Positions 38,963 through 52,052 of a stretch of DNA of 64,000 nt are shown here, piece after piece. How positions within the stretch are numbered: position 1 is the first letter of the stretch; each line of letters starts with the position of its first letter. The position numbers and the translations under genes were made by a program. The stretch is taken from contig MU004181.1 in NCBI GenBank assembly GCA_010093605.1, forward strand, positions 2,170,001-2,234,000, in the 5' to 3' direction. This DNA is from Lophium mytilinum (lineage: Eukaryota). The notes beneath the pieces are model-generated. The model had not been told where the DNA came from, did not search any database, and worked only from the letters and a program-made list of their open reading frames with translations.

Positions 38963-41900
38963 CTACAACACCGCGTCCAGCACCTCCCTTAGCCATTCCA
39001 CACAACCTTCGATGAGCCTTGTTTCAAGATCCTCGCCTGGCTCCTCCACCGGCAAGAAAGCCGAGGCGTGTTGGAAGAAGCGGACGCGAATCTCCTCCTC
39101 CGGGCCATGGAAGAGCAGCGTACGGAGCGCCGTCACCGGCGCGCGAGTGTCCGTGATGCGCGAGGCTAGGAGATCGCCGTTGACGTGGAAATATGAGGAT
39201 TTTGGGGTGCCTTTGTCGCTCTCCAAGCCTTCGATCACGTCTTGCAAGCTGATGTGGGTCCAACGGAGTTTTGTATTCGCGTATTGCCTCTCGGCGACGG
39301 TGACGAGGGTTTCGAGGAATTTGAGAATATACCAGGCGGGTTGATCGAGGATGGAAAAGGCGAAGAGGGTTCCGTCGACGGCTGTGCCGATAATGTCGTC
39401 AACGAGGATTCCAGGGACGGGTGAGGGTGTTAGGAGCTCGTCTAACTGGTCGGTAGGATTGGCGCGTTGGAAGAGGTGAGAGGTATCGAAGGATTTGGGG
39501 TGATGGCGTCGCCAGGAGGGCCTGATTGCGCCGCGGCGGAGGCGAGTAACGCATCGTGGGAGGCGAGCTTCGAGGAGGGTTGGTGCTGCGTTCTTCAGAG
39601 CTTCCTGGGATGGTTGGAGAAGTCCTGCAAGAGTTGAGGATTTGTCTGAAATGAGGATCAAGGTCCGAGGAGCTCTTGCAGGAGACGAAGACGACGCCAC
39701 TTCGGTATTCTGCCTATCGACGTCGAATTTGAGTGGAGGAAGCCTGATGGCGAGGTGATTGAGTGTGTTTCTAGTTCCTGCATCGCTGAAGAACGGTTGT
39801 AGGATGGGTTTGCTAGATGAAGAGAGCCCAATGCCCAGTGCGTAGACCGAGTCTTGAGCAGTCGATATGTAGATGTTAGGTCCTTGGACAGTGATCTGAA
39901 GTCCAGCAGAAGGAAGAGTGTATTGCGAGACCGTAAGCCATCTAAACATCAATGTCAGAAGTTGCCTCTAGGTTGATAGGAATAACATTCTTACCTCCTT
40001 TCAGTCGCTGAGAACTCTTCAAGCTGAGCCGTCGTTCCGCAAGTATAAATCATGTGCCGTTCGTCGTACGACGCAATAGCAAAGACGGGTTGTCTCAACT
40101 CTCTTGTCTTGCTTTCCCGGAACTCCGCATTACCTTTGCTGTCGAGTTTAATCTGCAAGAAAATCAGGCGTCCAGACAAAGCGCCGTTGGCATTGGTGAT
40201 TCCTGTGCCAACGACAAGAAAATCGTACTTTTTGGGTCCCTCTTCCCAGTGCCACTCCAAGAAAGCATAAACCTTCTCGTGAGGCCATAGCACACATTCA
40301 CCAGCAACGAGTCCTTTAGTCTCATCTTCCATCACAGTATCCTCGTCATCATCACCATCGTCGTTATTAGCGTGCCCATCTGAGCGAACGAGCTGAATGA
40401 CTGACCGAACACTTCGAAACCCTCTCCCATGTCGCTCTTTGCCCTTCTTTTCTTTGATTCTGAACGCCGCGACTACCATCATCTTCAAGCGAGGGGAATA
40501 TATCAGCTTGTATGGCGTATCCTGAATCACTAGCCGTCGGGGTACAGCTTTGACCTCGCTGTCAAGTTGAGCAAGGAGAAATGTCGAGTCCGAGATAGCC
40601 AGAAGAGTCTCTCCGAGCGAGAATTCCTCCGGTGAATTTCTCAACCAATGTGGAACCTGAGCAAGCGTAGATATAGCAGGTTGCTGAAGTCCAGGATTTC
40701 CTTGGTCTGTGAACCATATGTTATCTGTTTCGTACCGGATGGTGGAATCGTTTGTCTCGCTACGCGTCAGACGGCAGCATTCCGAGCCGCATATTACGAA
40801 AGCAGTAGTTGACTCAGAGGAGCACTGAATTACCCTAGCTGAGGTATGCCCTATTGGGATGATTGTGGTACTAGAGATTGAGATGGCTGCATACAATTAA
40901 CACCGGGCGATATAAGGAGAGGAGGGTGTTACTTACTCGGATCTGTACGATGCTCTTCTAGATTCAAGTTGTACACACAGCCGTTCCTCATTCCACATAT
41001 CAAGGTGTATTCTCCTCGCTCATCGGAAGAGAGTAGGGTAACGCTTTCGCACACAACAGGTATGCCTTGCATGAAGCTTACCTCCACCTGTTTCTTCAAT
41101 ACAAGAACAAAGTCGCCTCCCACGAGACTGAAAAGAAGCAATTCAGCATTTCTAGTCCCCACAAAAACATATGGCCTTCCACGGATGCCAACAAGCTGCA
41201 CACAGGTCGGCTCTGCCGACAGAGGTGTCCGCGCCCGGAAGACAAATGACGGAGTGGCGTTTGAACTCCCGTTCTCATCGTCCGGCTCCACGAAATGTTG
41301 GAGCTCAAGACTGAACTCTGAACCTTGTCTGCTTGCAAGGACTATAAGTGGCCACCTACGATCTACGGTCGCAGCGCGTACTGGGCGGTCCAACGGAAAG
41401 TCTTGGCGATTTACCAGACGAAATTGGGGGTTCTCGGGGGAGATAGATAGCAAGTGCAGAGCATTCTCTGTAACTTGAACGGCCCATTCAAGATTTAGTG
41501 TGCATGCCACGAAAGTTTCCCTGTTCAGCTCCAGATCGCAGTTCTGCTCTTCGATCTCAGACACCTCCATTGACCGAATAGACAGGTGGTATAGCCGCGT
41601 TTGCCAAGGGTGAGACACAAGGAAGAAAACTCCTTCCCCTGTTGGATCGAGTAGTGCCCACATGCCAGTATTCCCAAGGCTATCTGATAGCTCTGCTGCT
41701 GCCCAGATACGGGCATTCAGTCCGTGTCGTATTTCAGAGATTGAGCTGTAAGGTGCTCTTCCGCTTGTTGTAAGTATGGTGTCACGCGATCTTTCATATT
41801 TCGATTTGACGCCTGGGAGTCTGGAGACAACAGTGTCCATCAAAGGCGCCCAATTTGGTAAAGACTCGATGTACTCAAACTCCATAGTCTCTGTCCGTGT

Positions 41901-43433
41901 GATTATCTTTTGGGATCCTTTACTCCAGTGGCCAATCTTGATGACCTCTCCGTAGCTCATGTCTCCTGCGGCAATCAGGACGTCGGGGCTCATGAGAGAA
42001 AACCCGATGTCTAAGCTTGCAAAAGCCGAGTCCACTGTACAGTTAAGTTGGCCGGCGCTCATGACAACAACGGTAGATGCGTTCGGGTGTACTACAGCAT
42101 AGAGAACGGTCCCATCCTCTCTCACGAGATATATGCTCTCATCTAGTTTGCCCTCCGTCTCCCAGTTGCGGGCCGTTCGCGCCCAGTGTGTCAGCAAAGG
42201 TCTACGTCGTGAGCTGCCAGAGCACTTTGATGTCTTGGCCTCGAAGTTGGTTTTGATTCGGCGAGGGGAGCCAGTTAAAATATCCTGGTACAGTGTAATA
42301 ATATGCTCGCCTACTAGAAGGAAGTCGGGAGACTGCCGGAGAGGGATCACGAAGAGAGGATGCGAATCTTCTGAGGATTGTCAGCAACGACTGGGTCTCG
42401 GCTGTGAGGAAATTAGGAAAAGTTGCTGGTTGTCACGCGAACCATTCGATCTACTGTTAGATCTTAGGATAGAGAAGGGCTTACCACTATCTAGCGGATA
42501 TTTGTCTAATCGAACAATAACTGAAGATTGCGGTCCGAGTATAGTCGAATTTGCATCCCACTCATAACAAGACATCTTTGTCCTCCCTCCAATGGAAAGC
42601 AAGACCAGAAGGACGACCCTGTCAGGATCACCTGCAACCGGTGAAAGAAACTCCATTTTCAGGATAACACTCTTGTCAACCTTAAATGCGCGTTCCTCTA
42701 CTTTGGGTGTCGAAAATGATGCCGATTGAAGGTCAGTATGAGGGTGGCTGCGTAATTCCATTCTCCAGGCAGCCATACTTTTCGTAGTATAGATCAAGAA
42801 GAGTTCTTCGGTGGCGCTGATGGCGATAGCTCGAGATTTGGGATCGACAGCTAAATGCTTCCCGGGGCTTTCCATAAAGGAGACAAGCGGTAAGGGAGTT
42901 GTGCTCTGGACGAAAGTGACACATCCAGCCGCATCCTGGTGGGCATACAGAAAGACGACTTTCTGAGATTCAAGTGTCAGCACAATGATCTGTGGCGGAA
43001 TGGCATCGGAAGTCTCGTCTTCCAGGCCGCCATTCTCCTCTGTCTTGAGCTGACTATAGTATGCGGGCTTCCTGGGCTCTCCGAAACATCTGGCGGCCCT
43101 GATGCGAGAGCCGAAGTCGGTCTTGGAAGCAACATGGCTGAGATGGCCATCAGAACCTATTTCCTTGATATAAAGAAAATCTTCGCCGATGAAAACGACG
43201 TCGTTGAAGTCTTTATGGCGGACTCTCGCGGGGATAATCCAATTGATTATAGGACTTCGTAGGACAGTCCGAGAAAGAAGGCCGAGAGCGGGCGTAGGCT
43301 CCGGTGGTTTTTGTTGCCTCGATTTGGCCGCTGCTTCTGTTTTTTGACGCTCGTTTCGCAAGACTTCTTCGACGGTAACATGCTGAGTTACCCACTGCCC
43401 GTCGACGAGAACACTTGTCGCAACTGAATCCAT
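38963..43433 (-). CDS. MMS1/DDB1/Rse1-like multi-beta-propeller protein, 4 exons
   Basis: LSRTVLRSPII, LAVDPKSRAIA, LPNWAPLMD, SISEIRHGL, GRLIFL; long ORFs joined by canonical introns (e.g. 42484-42371). Confidence 0.82.
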
Positions 43434-44853
43434 TATCAGAACAACAACAGCCAAGGAGCGAGTAGTTTAGGGCCTTGCTAGGGTCAGTGGACTCGACTAC
43501 TTATGCGACTCTGGATCGGCTTTAGTTGGGTTGTCAAAGTAAATGTTGGACGCGAGAGACAGTAAAACGTGGTGAAGGAGGATGTGCTCCACGGGCTGTG
43601 CGCTGATTGGTTCAATATCATGAACTGTGAAAATGAGCTGACTCGGAGAAGCACTGCGGCGTAGCTGTCAGGTGGATAATGCGGGGGGACCGCAATGTGA
43701 CGACTAGGTCAGGATGCTAGAAGAAGAGATGTCCCACTGCTTGGAGGATGAAGGGTGCAGATTGTGGGCGTGGTAACGTAGTGGTCCGGCTGCACCTCCG
43801 GCTCTTATGCAGTAGTGATTGGGAGCTTTGAACAGCGTACAGTAGGGTCTGCAGCAACGGGGCAGAGCCCAAGAGGAATTCCGTGAGGTGAGCGGGCCTA
43901 GCAGCGTCGACAGAGGCAGTGATGTGCAGAAATGCAGCTCTCTCAAACGGTGAGGGCTTGCAGCAAATCACGGGAAGATGTGCGGCTGGAGGAGGCAGTA
44001 ATGGTGCCGGCCGGTGAAGTCCGCACGAGGGAGAGCAGAAGGACAGGGTAGGCTGATGCAGTGGAGAGCCTGGACAGCCTTGTGGCCTGTATTCCACAAG
44101 ATGTCCAGGAAGGTGGTTAGGGATGTGGAGGTCGGGAAGCAGGCCTCGGGGCGGACGCTATCTGCACGGCGACGGCGAGAGTAACATGACAAAGGACTGC
44201 TGCGTCTGCTCATGCCTGGAAGGCTGAAGGCGGTTGGGCACTTATGCAGCCCCGAGATGGCGCGCTGCAAGATCGTGGACGATGGCGAACTGTGCCGCCA
44301 TGCACCTGTGGAGGTGCTTGGCCGCCTTGGTGGTGAGAAAAGCAACGACAATGGGCGCAAGATGCACGAGAACCTGGAACTTGGGTCCGAGAGATGATGC
44401 TGTGTAGCCCTCATGAATCCCTTTCTCATTTCTTTCCTACTCTATCTGCTGTGTTGGCGTCGTCCGGAGAGCAAACCAATATATCGGTACATGAAGGGCA
44501 TCTAGTGCAGAGTACATTGGCTAGGGGCACTGAAAACCAGCAAAAGTGGCATATACGCTCTTCAATGCCCTCCTCGACCTCCACCGCGGGTGACCATCGC
44601 GATCGGCTTTGCGCGTTGTGTAACGGCTGGATACGGGCCAGATGCAGCCGGGCTCTGCATGGTCTCTCCCTGGTTGACAGATGGGATATCCTGGTGCGCG
44701 TGTTACACGTCGACTTGGCCGCAAGCGAATTCACTGCAGGTGCCTTGACGACAGCCAGATGATACTCACGCTCCCTTGGTCCCGCGACACTGGAATCCCG
44801 CTTAGACATGCTCGCTGCATGCCCGCATCTCTGTCCGTGATGGAGTAGCCGCC

Positions 44854-46302
44854 ATGTCTGCCTTTCAAAGCTCCCTCGCCGATCTCGACCACAGGGACCG
44901 CCGTCCTGGCCAAGAGAAGCGTGTAGAGAAGTCCGCCGCAGCTCTCACTGATGTCCCCTCCGCCCCCCTCTCAGACTCGCGTTCCTTGTCTCCCGCTGCG
45001 GCAGAGAAGATAGCGCAGATCGCAGCTGCATGCTCAAACGAAGACTTGAACGCTCTCATCGACCTCGCAACCACCAAAGACGGTCTGGTGGAGGATAACT
45101 TGCGGCGTACAGCTTGTAGACACACTATGTCGGTACCCCGGAACCACTTACTGATCGTGTCGCAGGGCCTCTTCTTCTGGGATCGAACAACACTCCCTTA
45201 GATAATCAGGTACCATGGACCTCGCTGCCGCCGCATCGTGACGAAGATCAGGTCAAGCTCGATGTGCACCGGTCATTCGTTTACTACCCCAACAGTACGT
45301 CTGGCTCCCACAGTGCTATAACTTTCTCCTCATAAAACTTCACTACAGATGAATCCGACAAGCAGCTAGACAAGCGGAAACGGGAGCTCTCCGATGTCAT
45401 CACCGAGGTGCTTCGACGGCACCCGATCCTGTGCTACTTCCAAGGCTATCACGACATTGTCCAGGTCCTGCTGCTTGTCTTGGGCGCAAAGGATAGCCCT
45501 GCAGCTGTGACTCGTCTCTCACTTCTCCGCATACGGGATTTTATGCTCCCGTCCCTTGACGCGGCAATCTCACACCTCCATCTCCTCCACCCAATTCTAG
45601 ACACTGTGGATCCGGCGCTACGAGAGCATCTTTCACATACTCAGCCCTTCTTCGCGTTGGCAGCTACCCTGACACTCTATGCCCACGACATCCAGGAGTA
45701 CGGCGACATTGCCAGACTGTTTGATTTCTTCTTGGCTAGAGAGGCTGTCATACCAGTGTACTTCTTCGCAGTGGTCAGTACCCTCAATTGGGCCTCGTGG
45801 ATGTGTTACTGACATGGTGGCGCTTCAGGTCGTTCTCGCGCGCAAGGAGGAGCTGTTTGAGATTCCTCCCGATGAGCCCGAAATGCTCCACTCCATTCTC
45901 TGCAAACTACCAAAGCCCTTAGATCTCGAGCTGCTGATCTCGAATACCACATCTCTTTTCGACCGCCACCCTCCCAAGTCCCTTCCCTACCACGCCTGGC
46001 GCCGCGTGTCCTCCTACAGCGTCCTCAAAACCACTCAAAACCCTTCGTCGGTAGCGAGACAAACACTGGAGGAGGGACATGCTCTCTTCAGCAAGCAAGA
46101 AGTCGAGATGCGCCGGGCCAAGGCAATACATAAGGCGATGAACAATGTCAAACGTCAGGCCTGGCTTTACAGGAGGCCTGCTGGTGCTTTTGGCTTGGCT
46201 GTCGCAGTTGGCCTGGTTGCATGGTGGCTCGGAAAGTCACCGATCACTGGTGTTGGCCGGTTGAGTGAGTCTCTTCGGAGAATTATGGCCTTTTTCGTTT
46301 GA
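44854..46302 (+). CDS. GYP8: TBC-domain Rab GAP (Gyp8/TBC1D20 family) with C-terminal TM anchor, 4 exons
   Basis: LRRTAWPLLL, DEDQVKLDVHRSF, YFQGYHDI, ARLFDFFL; hydrophobic tail GAFGLAVAVGLVAWWL. Confidence 0.88.
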
Positions 46303-46499
46303 ATCGCTAGGTTCTCAATCGGGTCGGATTAAAAGCATGAACGGGGATTGGTATGTTAGGAGCATAGCGCGCATTCATACGGTCTTGGGCTATCAGGTAA
46401 GGGATATAACATGGAGTAGGTCGACAATTCAACATTCATATGGAGTTAAGGTAGAGAAAACTGCATATGCAACTTATGCACGGGCAGATAGAGATATAT

Positions 46500-46860
46500 C
46501 ATAAGTACATTCTATTTTCCTTGGACTTAGAAGACCGGAAGTACCTGCCTACCCTAGTGTAGAAGCGTTAGTCTCTATTTACTTGTATTTTCCTACTTAG
46601 AATACTTTAGAACATCTCTATAGATTCAGGTAGTATAGTCTTCTAGTAAAAAGTGCTATAGATATGCACCTAGAGATCTCCTTTAATGCGTTAAGGCATC
46701 TTAAGAAGTAGTGAGGAGGTGTTCTTAGACATGTTTTATAAGAAGACGCTAGGGTAATAGTTATTCCTATTTAGGTTAGCGCGGGTTTACTCTAGACCTT
46801 AAAACCTCCTCGTTTAACCTTAGCTATTACTTCTCTTCTTGGTTCAAGATCTTTCTGTCC
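46500..46860. repeat. Short AT/TpA-rich RIP-like relic
   Basis: Abrupt TpA enrichment (ctag, ttag, tata) against flanking genes; no TE motif recognised. Confidence 0.45.
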
Positions 46861-46893
46861 TTTATGTCTTTTTGTCGCCACAGGTTTGTAGAA

Positions 46894-47822
46894 ATGGGCT
46901 TCTTCTCGAGTACAAAGCCTGGGAGGACCGCCGTTGGGCAGCGAGCCCAGGCGGTCCGACGCTCCACGTCTACATTGCTGTCTGGCATCTCGACCTCCAC
47001 GATCAAGAGAGAACCAAAGACAGCTCCCCGAAAGACGATTACCCGCCGTAGGCTTCACTTCGGACATCCAACAGAGACGGATACAGCGCGAGAGAACTGG
47101 ATGTGGATGACTTGGTTGAAGATTTCCAAGTTCGCTGTCAAGCAAGGAGTGTTTTCGGGGTCAGAAATGGACACGCTGGAACTTATCCCAAAGGTTCTAT
47201 GTCCCGGAGTCTATGACGAAGTAGTAAGCTTGCATCCTGTGCTCCGCGCTCCAGCATATTTGGCTAACACGTTCTCAAAAGCTTGGACTGTACGACATCC
47301 TGGGTGAACATTGCGCAGAGTATGCGAAGCCGAGTGTTGTGGATATTGACGGGATCTACTGGGTGTTCTTCAACCTCCCAAAGATCGTGCGGGACTCCGT
47401 TGATGTGTTCAAGACAACGTAAGGCACACCATCAAACACACCAAACGTTTACTTACTCGCATTGTAGCCCGCAATACAAGATGGTCACTCCGTTGCGAGT
47501 GAAAGGCGAAGAGCCGTCAGCTTCGTCTTCAGCTGCGACTGACGTCTTTCCATTCCGCGGCCTCCCACCTACCCCTCCACAGACACCTGCCCCAGACCAC
47601 GAACATATGCGAATCAAGGAAGAGCTCGGAGGGTACGGATACCTGGAAGACGACACAGGCGTGCCGAACGACTGCCACACCTCCAGGCCGACATCAAAGC
47701 CAAACCTCCCACATAAGCAGCCCACAAAGAGAAATATCAAAAAGAGCGCCATGCACAAGAAGAATGCCTCACACAAGAAGAAAACGGTCAAGTGCATCAA
47801 GGCTATCTCCAAGAGGCGCTGA
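46894..47822 (+). CDS. Hypothetical protein A (3 exons; introns about 47224-47281 and 47419-47467; alternative ATG at 46864), Lys-rich tail
   Basis: gtaagc/ctaac/aag and gtaagg/tag splice signals give a continuous frame; similar to neighbouring gene B. Confidence 0.6.
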
Positions 47823-48387
47823 GCCCTTACAAACATTCTCACCAACATCTTCACGACAGATGGAAGTTGCACCCTTGAAATGTCACATAGTATCATCTCG
47901 ATGGTCTTCGGTTGTACGAATGACAGATATGAACGGGTCGAGTTTGTGGCAGATGCAATCTCTAAAACTACTGCCAGTTTCACCAGGTCAAGTCTATAGT
48001 AGGTGATACTTTGGAGCGCTGGTATTGTATTACCTTCTCTCACTTGTCAATCAATCAACCATCGGCAAATCCCAAAACTCCTTCTGCACCGTGCTGTCCT
48101 TGACTCTCAGATTTCTTGCGTGCCAGCTAGTTATTAACGCTCTGCACTGCAAAACGTTCAACGTCGTTACTTCACTTGCCTTCATCTGATACATGGGCCC
48201 TCACTTGCCATCTCTGCCAGCCAATCATGAGCCCGATCTGCTTTTCACCTCTTCCACTTCACTAGACGAGAGGCGAGACAAGATAAGGATGGTGCCAAGA
48301 ATCGCGATAGGATTTCCTACATATATAACTACCCGACGTCTACCTCACCTCACCTTCGTCACCTTTACACTCCACTTCCAATTCAAG

Positions 48388-49489
48388 ATGGTGCGGCCAA
48401 ATAGAGGCCTGAAGGCTTCCACCCACGAGAAGCGCGCCAAGGACTCACGCTCAACGCTCAGCAAGCCCAAGTTGGAAGCGCGCGTTCAGGCTCTACCCAA
48501 GAGAAAGAAGGTGCTGGGTGAAAAGTCTGGCAATGGTGAAGGCAGTCACCGAAGGTTGGACCGCGGCGTGCACCAAACCGTGACCCAACACGGGTCTCCG
48601 CGGTCGGTAGTGGAAGATGACGTACGCCAGATGTGGGACCGCATCGTCTGGGGAAGGATCTCCGATGAGGCTCTGCGGTTGAGTACTGTGAGAGAGGACG
48701 AGATGGACACCTATGGATGGATTCCGACCTCAAGAGTTCCGCTCTTTCACGAGGAGGTGGCCAGCGTTTCGGTTCGTTTTTCCACCAAAACTCACAAAAC
48801 CCGACTAACATAAATCAGGAGAAGCTGTTCACCGCAACCGGTGGAAACTTTACAGTCGTACCCGCCGCTATCGCCACAAAGGTTGGTAGCCGAGAGTGCG
48901 CTGTCGCCTTTCAGCTATCCGATGGCATCAAGAAAGCTCTGGGGAAAGACCCGAGGCTGTAAGTACTACTTGCCAACAACTTGACGGACTTTACTGACTC
49001 TTCATTAGCCAGGGAAATATCTTCAAGATCTCTCAGATCTTGAGTCTCGACTCGATTCCAGCTGAATCTGAACTCCCCTTCACTGCGGCAACAAAGCACC
49101 ACATCGGCTTTTCGGATACTAAACCTGCTGTCAAGCCCGAAACCGTCACCAAGAGCACGAATTCTAGGACTGCGACCAAGGACGAAGTCAAGATCAAAGT
49201 TCAGAACATCAACATGTCTGACTACGAAAACGACACCGACGTTCCGGATGAGGAGCTAGTCAGTCCACGCACCCAGCGACACAGCAGTGGAAGCGGCAGG
49301 AAACATCGATATCGATACCCCAAGGATCTAGAGGATTTCATTGCCAAGGAGGAAGAGACGCATGTCAAGTCTGATGAGAGTTACGAAGATGGAGATAGCG
49401 AAGATAGCGACGGCAGCTTCTCGGTGGACGAATCAGCGGAAGACGAGGAGGAGGACGAACTGCTTTCGGACGACGAGATGGATATATGA
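48388..49489 (+). CDS. Hypothetical protein B (3 exons; introns about 48772-48818 and 48959-49008), Asp/Glu-rich tail
   Basis: TATATAA at about 48322, aagATG start, splice signals join the ORFs in frame; paralogous to gene A. Confidence 0.7.
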
Positions 49490-50287
49490 ACCGGATCCCC
49501 GTTCCGCACGACGACATTGTGAGGCTCATTTGAGATGATACTCTTCTGAGAAAGCTGCGACTGGGAACGTGTCAACGAGACGAAACCCTCGCGATTGCAA
49601 GGCATAGATATTGCTTCTCAGATTTGCACCACGCAGAAGTAAGTTTCTTTGGTTTAGGTTTGGCACTGTCCCATCCCTTTCATTACGGATGAAGGCCGTC
49701 TTGAATGATAGTTGGTTAACCTGAAAGCCTAAATAGCACAACCTGATTATTCAGAGCATCTTTGCATTGTCAATGTTCTGTCGACTTGAAGGGCTCTCAC
49801 CTATCAACATTGAATAATGTTGACTGTGGTTCGGCATATTTGCTTCACTGTCGCAGCGATGTCAAACCCTGGCGCTAATGACTGGACCACATCTAAATGG
49901 GGTCTCAATTATGCACATATGGGCGTATACATGGACAGGCATCTAGTAAGCACTGCCGGATATTTTGGGCTTCTTTTTCATGCCTTGCTTCTTTCTTCTT
50001 ACTTTGGACGGCGTCGGTCCCCTCGGGACCGACTGAGATTGGGGTTGTTTCTCAACTATTCGAGATGGGACAGGCCTCTGGAAAGATCTATCTATTCAAT
50101 CATTCATTCTTCAAATGAAATCACCAAACTCCCAAAGATTTGCGTTTCTCATCATAGTTGGTACAAGCTTGCCTCTGCGTTAACCGCCCAGAAGTATGGC
50201 TAAAGCACGTGATGAGTGAAAACGCGAGGCTCGCAGGAAAACGATGAATAATGATAAGTAGCAAACACATGTTCAAAGACCTGGAGC

Positions 50288-50785
50288 ATGGCGTCTCTCA
50301 GCACTGAAATGGCCACGTCATCAATTTTCAACTTTTCTGCAATTCCACGGTTCTCCCTCTCTATCACAACTCTGCTCCTATCGGCCGTCAATCAACCACG
50401 GAACCACCCACCACTGCTGACTCACCCCCTCCACGAAAAACTACATAAGCCCGTCCTCCCCTCGTCCCTCTTCTCTTCCTCGCCTTCGGGCATCCCCTCC
50501 TTCCTTTTCCTAAAATCAAGCTCTTATTGCATGTATCGCCATATACTTTGTATATGCGAGGCACAAACCCGGCCTCTGTAGACTATGCTATCTAGACCCT
50601 TCCCCCGCCATGTATTACCCACTTTTGTCACTCCTTGGGGGCAGCGGCTCAAACCCGACAGATACTTAGTAGGAGTCGATGCGCAGATGGATAAGATGCT
50701 TGTGGATTTGGTTTGGCTTATATGGGAGGTTTTTGACCCCGAGAAAGGGTTTTCCTCGCAAATCATATACTTTTCTGATCTATAG
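50288..50785 (+). pseudogene. Possible degenerate gene (same-frame ORFs split by TAG at 50579-50581)
   Basis: C-terminal DRYLVGVDAQMDKMLVDLVWLIWE loosely resembles LURP1/Tubby-C-like ends; weak. Confidence 0.25.
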
Positions 50786-51392
50786 TTGATGTTCTTTGCT
50801 GTGATATATGAGTTTTTGTTGTGCAGTAAGGCTAGAATTGAAGCCCGGGTAGGTGATGAAGGCAAGGTAGGGGCGATGAGGAAGAGTCGGCAAACGAGGA
50901 TACCAACCGAAGCATGCGAGAAGCTGGTGTGTAGAGTGATGAGACTTAGAACACGTCGATGCTAGAGGCAGTGATCTCGTCCGATACTGAGTGCGGTTCG
51001 TCAGCTTACGAGTTTGACGCTTTGCGCGTCGACAAACGAGCATTTTGGCGTTTGGAGAGGAGCTGATGTGCTGAGATGCTGGATTGGTATCTGTATAGAC
51101 GGCATGGCAAGCCCTGCCTCTCTTCGTTTTCAATTTCATACATTTCCATCGGAGTGATGATCGAGAGAATCGTGGGGGCAATCGCACGTTTGTAGCCAAC
51201 AACGCATGAGCCGCTATATAACAAACTATAACCAAACGCAAACGCGAGATTGATGAGGCAATACGAGTTCGAAATCTTGCTTGACACACAAATCTGTCGC
51301 TGTATATGAAGTCGCTGTACTTCGAAACCTCGGGGATGTTATCAGTATCAAGTGTTCAACTCCCTCTCTCGCCGCCTACTCATTATCAAAGT

Positions 51393-52052
51393 ATGGGACT
51401 AGCAGCGAACGCACTCCTCTGGGCCCTCTTCGTTTTCGTAGTCCTCGCGACAACTGGAGTTGCCATAACAGTGGTGCTCCGATACCGTCACCCATTGACA
51501 AGCCGCAACAACCGCGATGAAGAGACTCGAGTCAATGGACAGGCTATCGAACTAGAAGACGTCCACAGAGTCAACCCAGATACTGGCGCCCGAGGCAATC
51601 CAGAAGCAGGCCCGCCGCGGAATCCAACGATAGTCTTCCAGGGCGGTTCAAGCGCGCTGTTCGTGGGTAATGCAGGGCCGGCTTTCCAGGGCAATTTAGG
51701 GGCTGCCTTCCAGGGGAATGAAAGGGCAACTTTTGGAGGAAGCTTTTCAGCAGAGCCAGGAGCGATGCCGCGGCAACCCCCTTCTGATTTATCGCCGTCG
51801 CCTCCAGCAAGCGCGGCGTCGTTGCCAGATTGGCGGGGCGAGACTCCTGGTTGGCAAACTATGATGGATGAATCGCCATTCGGATCGACGCTGGGAGAGC
51901 CGGCAGCAGTTCATCCCAATGAGCGGGAGATGGATGCCGCGCGAAACCAGCCGCCAGAGACATCTCGGAATGCGACCGTGATTAGCACAAGGTATGAGGA
52001 CACCATCCCAGGCCCACCTCCCACATTTGGGGAGCATCACCTCCACTGGTAA
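51393..52052 (+). CDS. Hypothetical single-pass membrane protein with disordered tail
   Basis: N-terminal TM LLWALFVFVVLATTGVAITVVL followed by basic residues; AFQGN repeats. Confidence 0.55.
   Translation: MGLAANALLWALFVFVVLATTGVAITVVLRYRHPLTSRNNRDEETRVNGQAIELEDVHRVNPDTGARGNPEAGPPRNPTIVFQGGSSALFVGNAGPAFQGNLGAAFQGNERATFGGSFSAEPGAMPRQPPSDLSPSPPASAASLPDWRGETPGWQTMMDESPFGSTLGEPAAVHPNEREMDAARNQPPETSRNATVISTRYEDTIPGPPPTFGEHHLHW

Noticed and set aside
42351..42484. Apparent in-frame stop in the MMS1-like gene
   Set aside because: It lies inside a canonical 114-nt intron (gtaagc...ctgac...cag)
43704..44809. Overlapping ORFs between the MMS1-like gene and GYP8
   Set aside because: Similar-length ORFs in several frames, no motif or consistent splice structure; cannot support a gene
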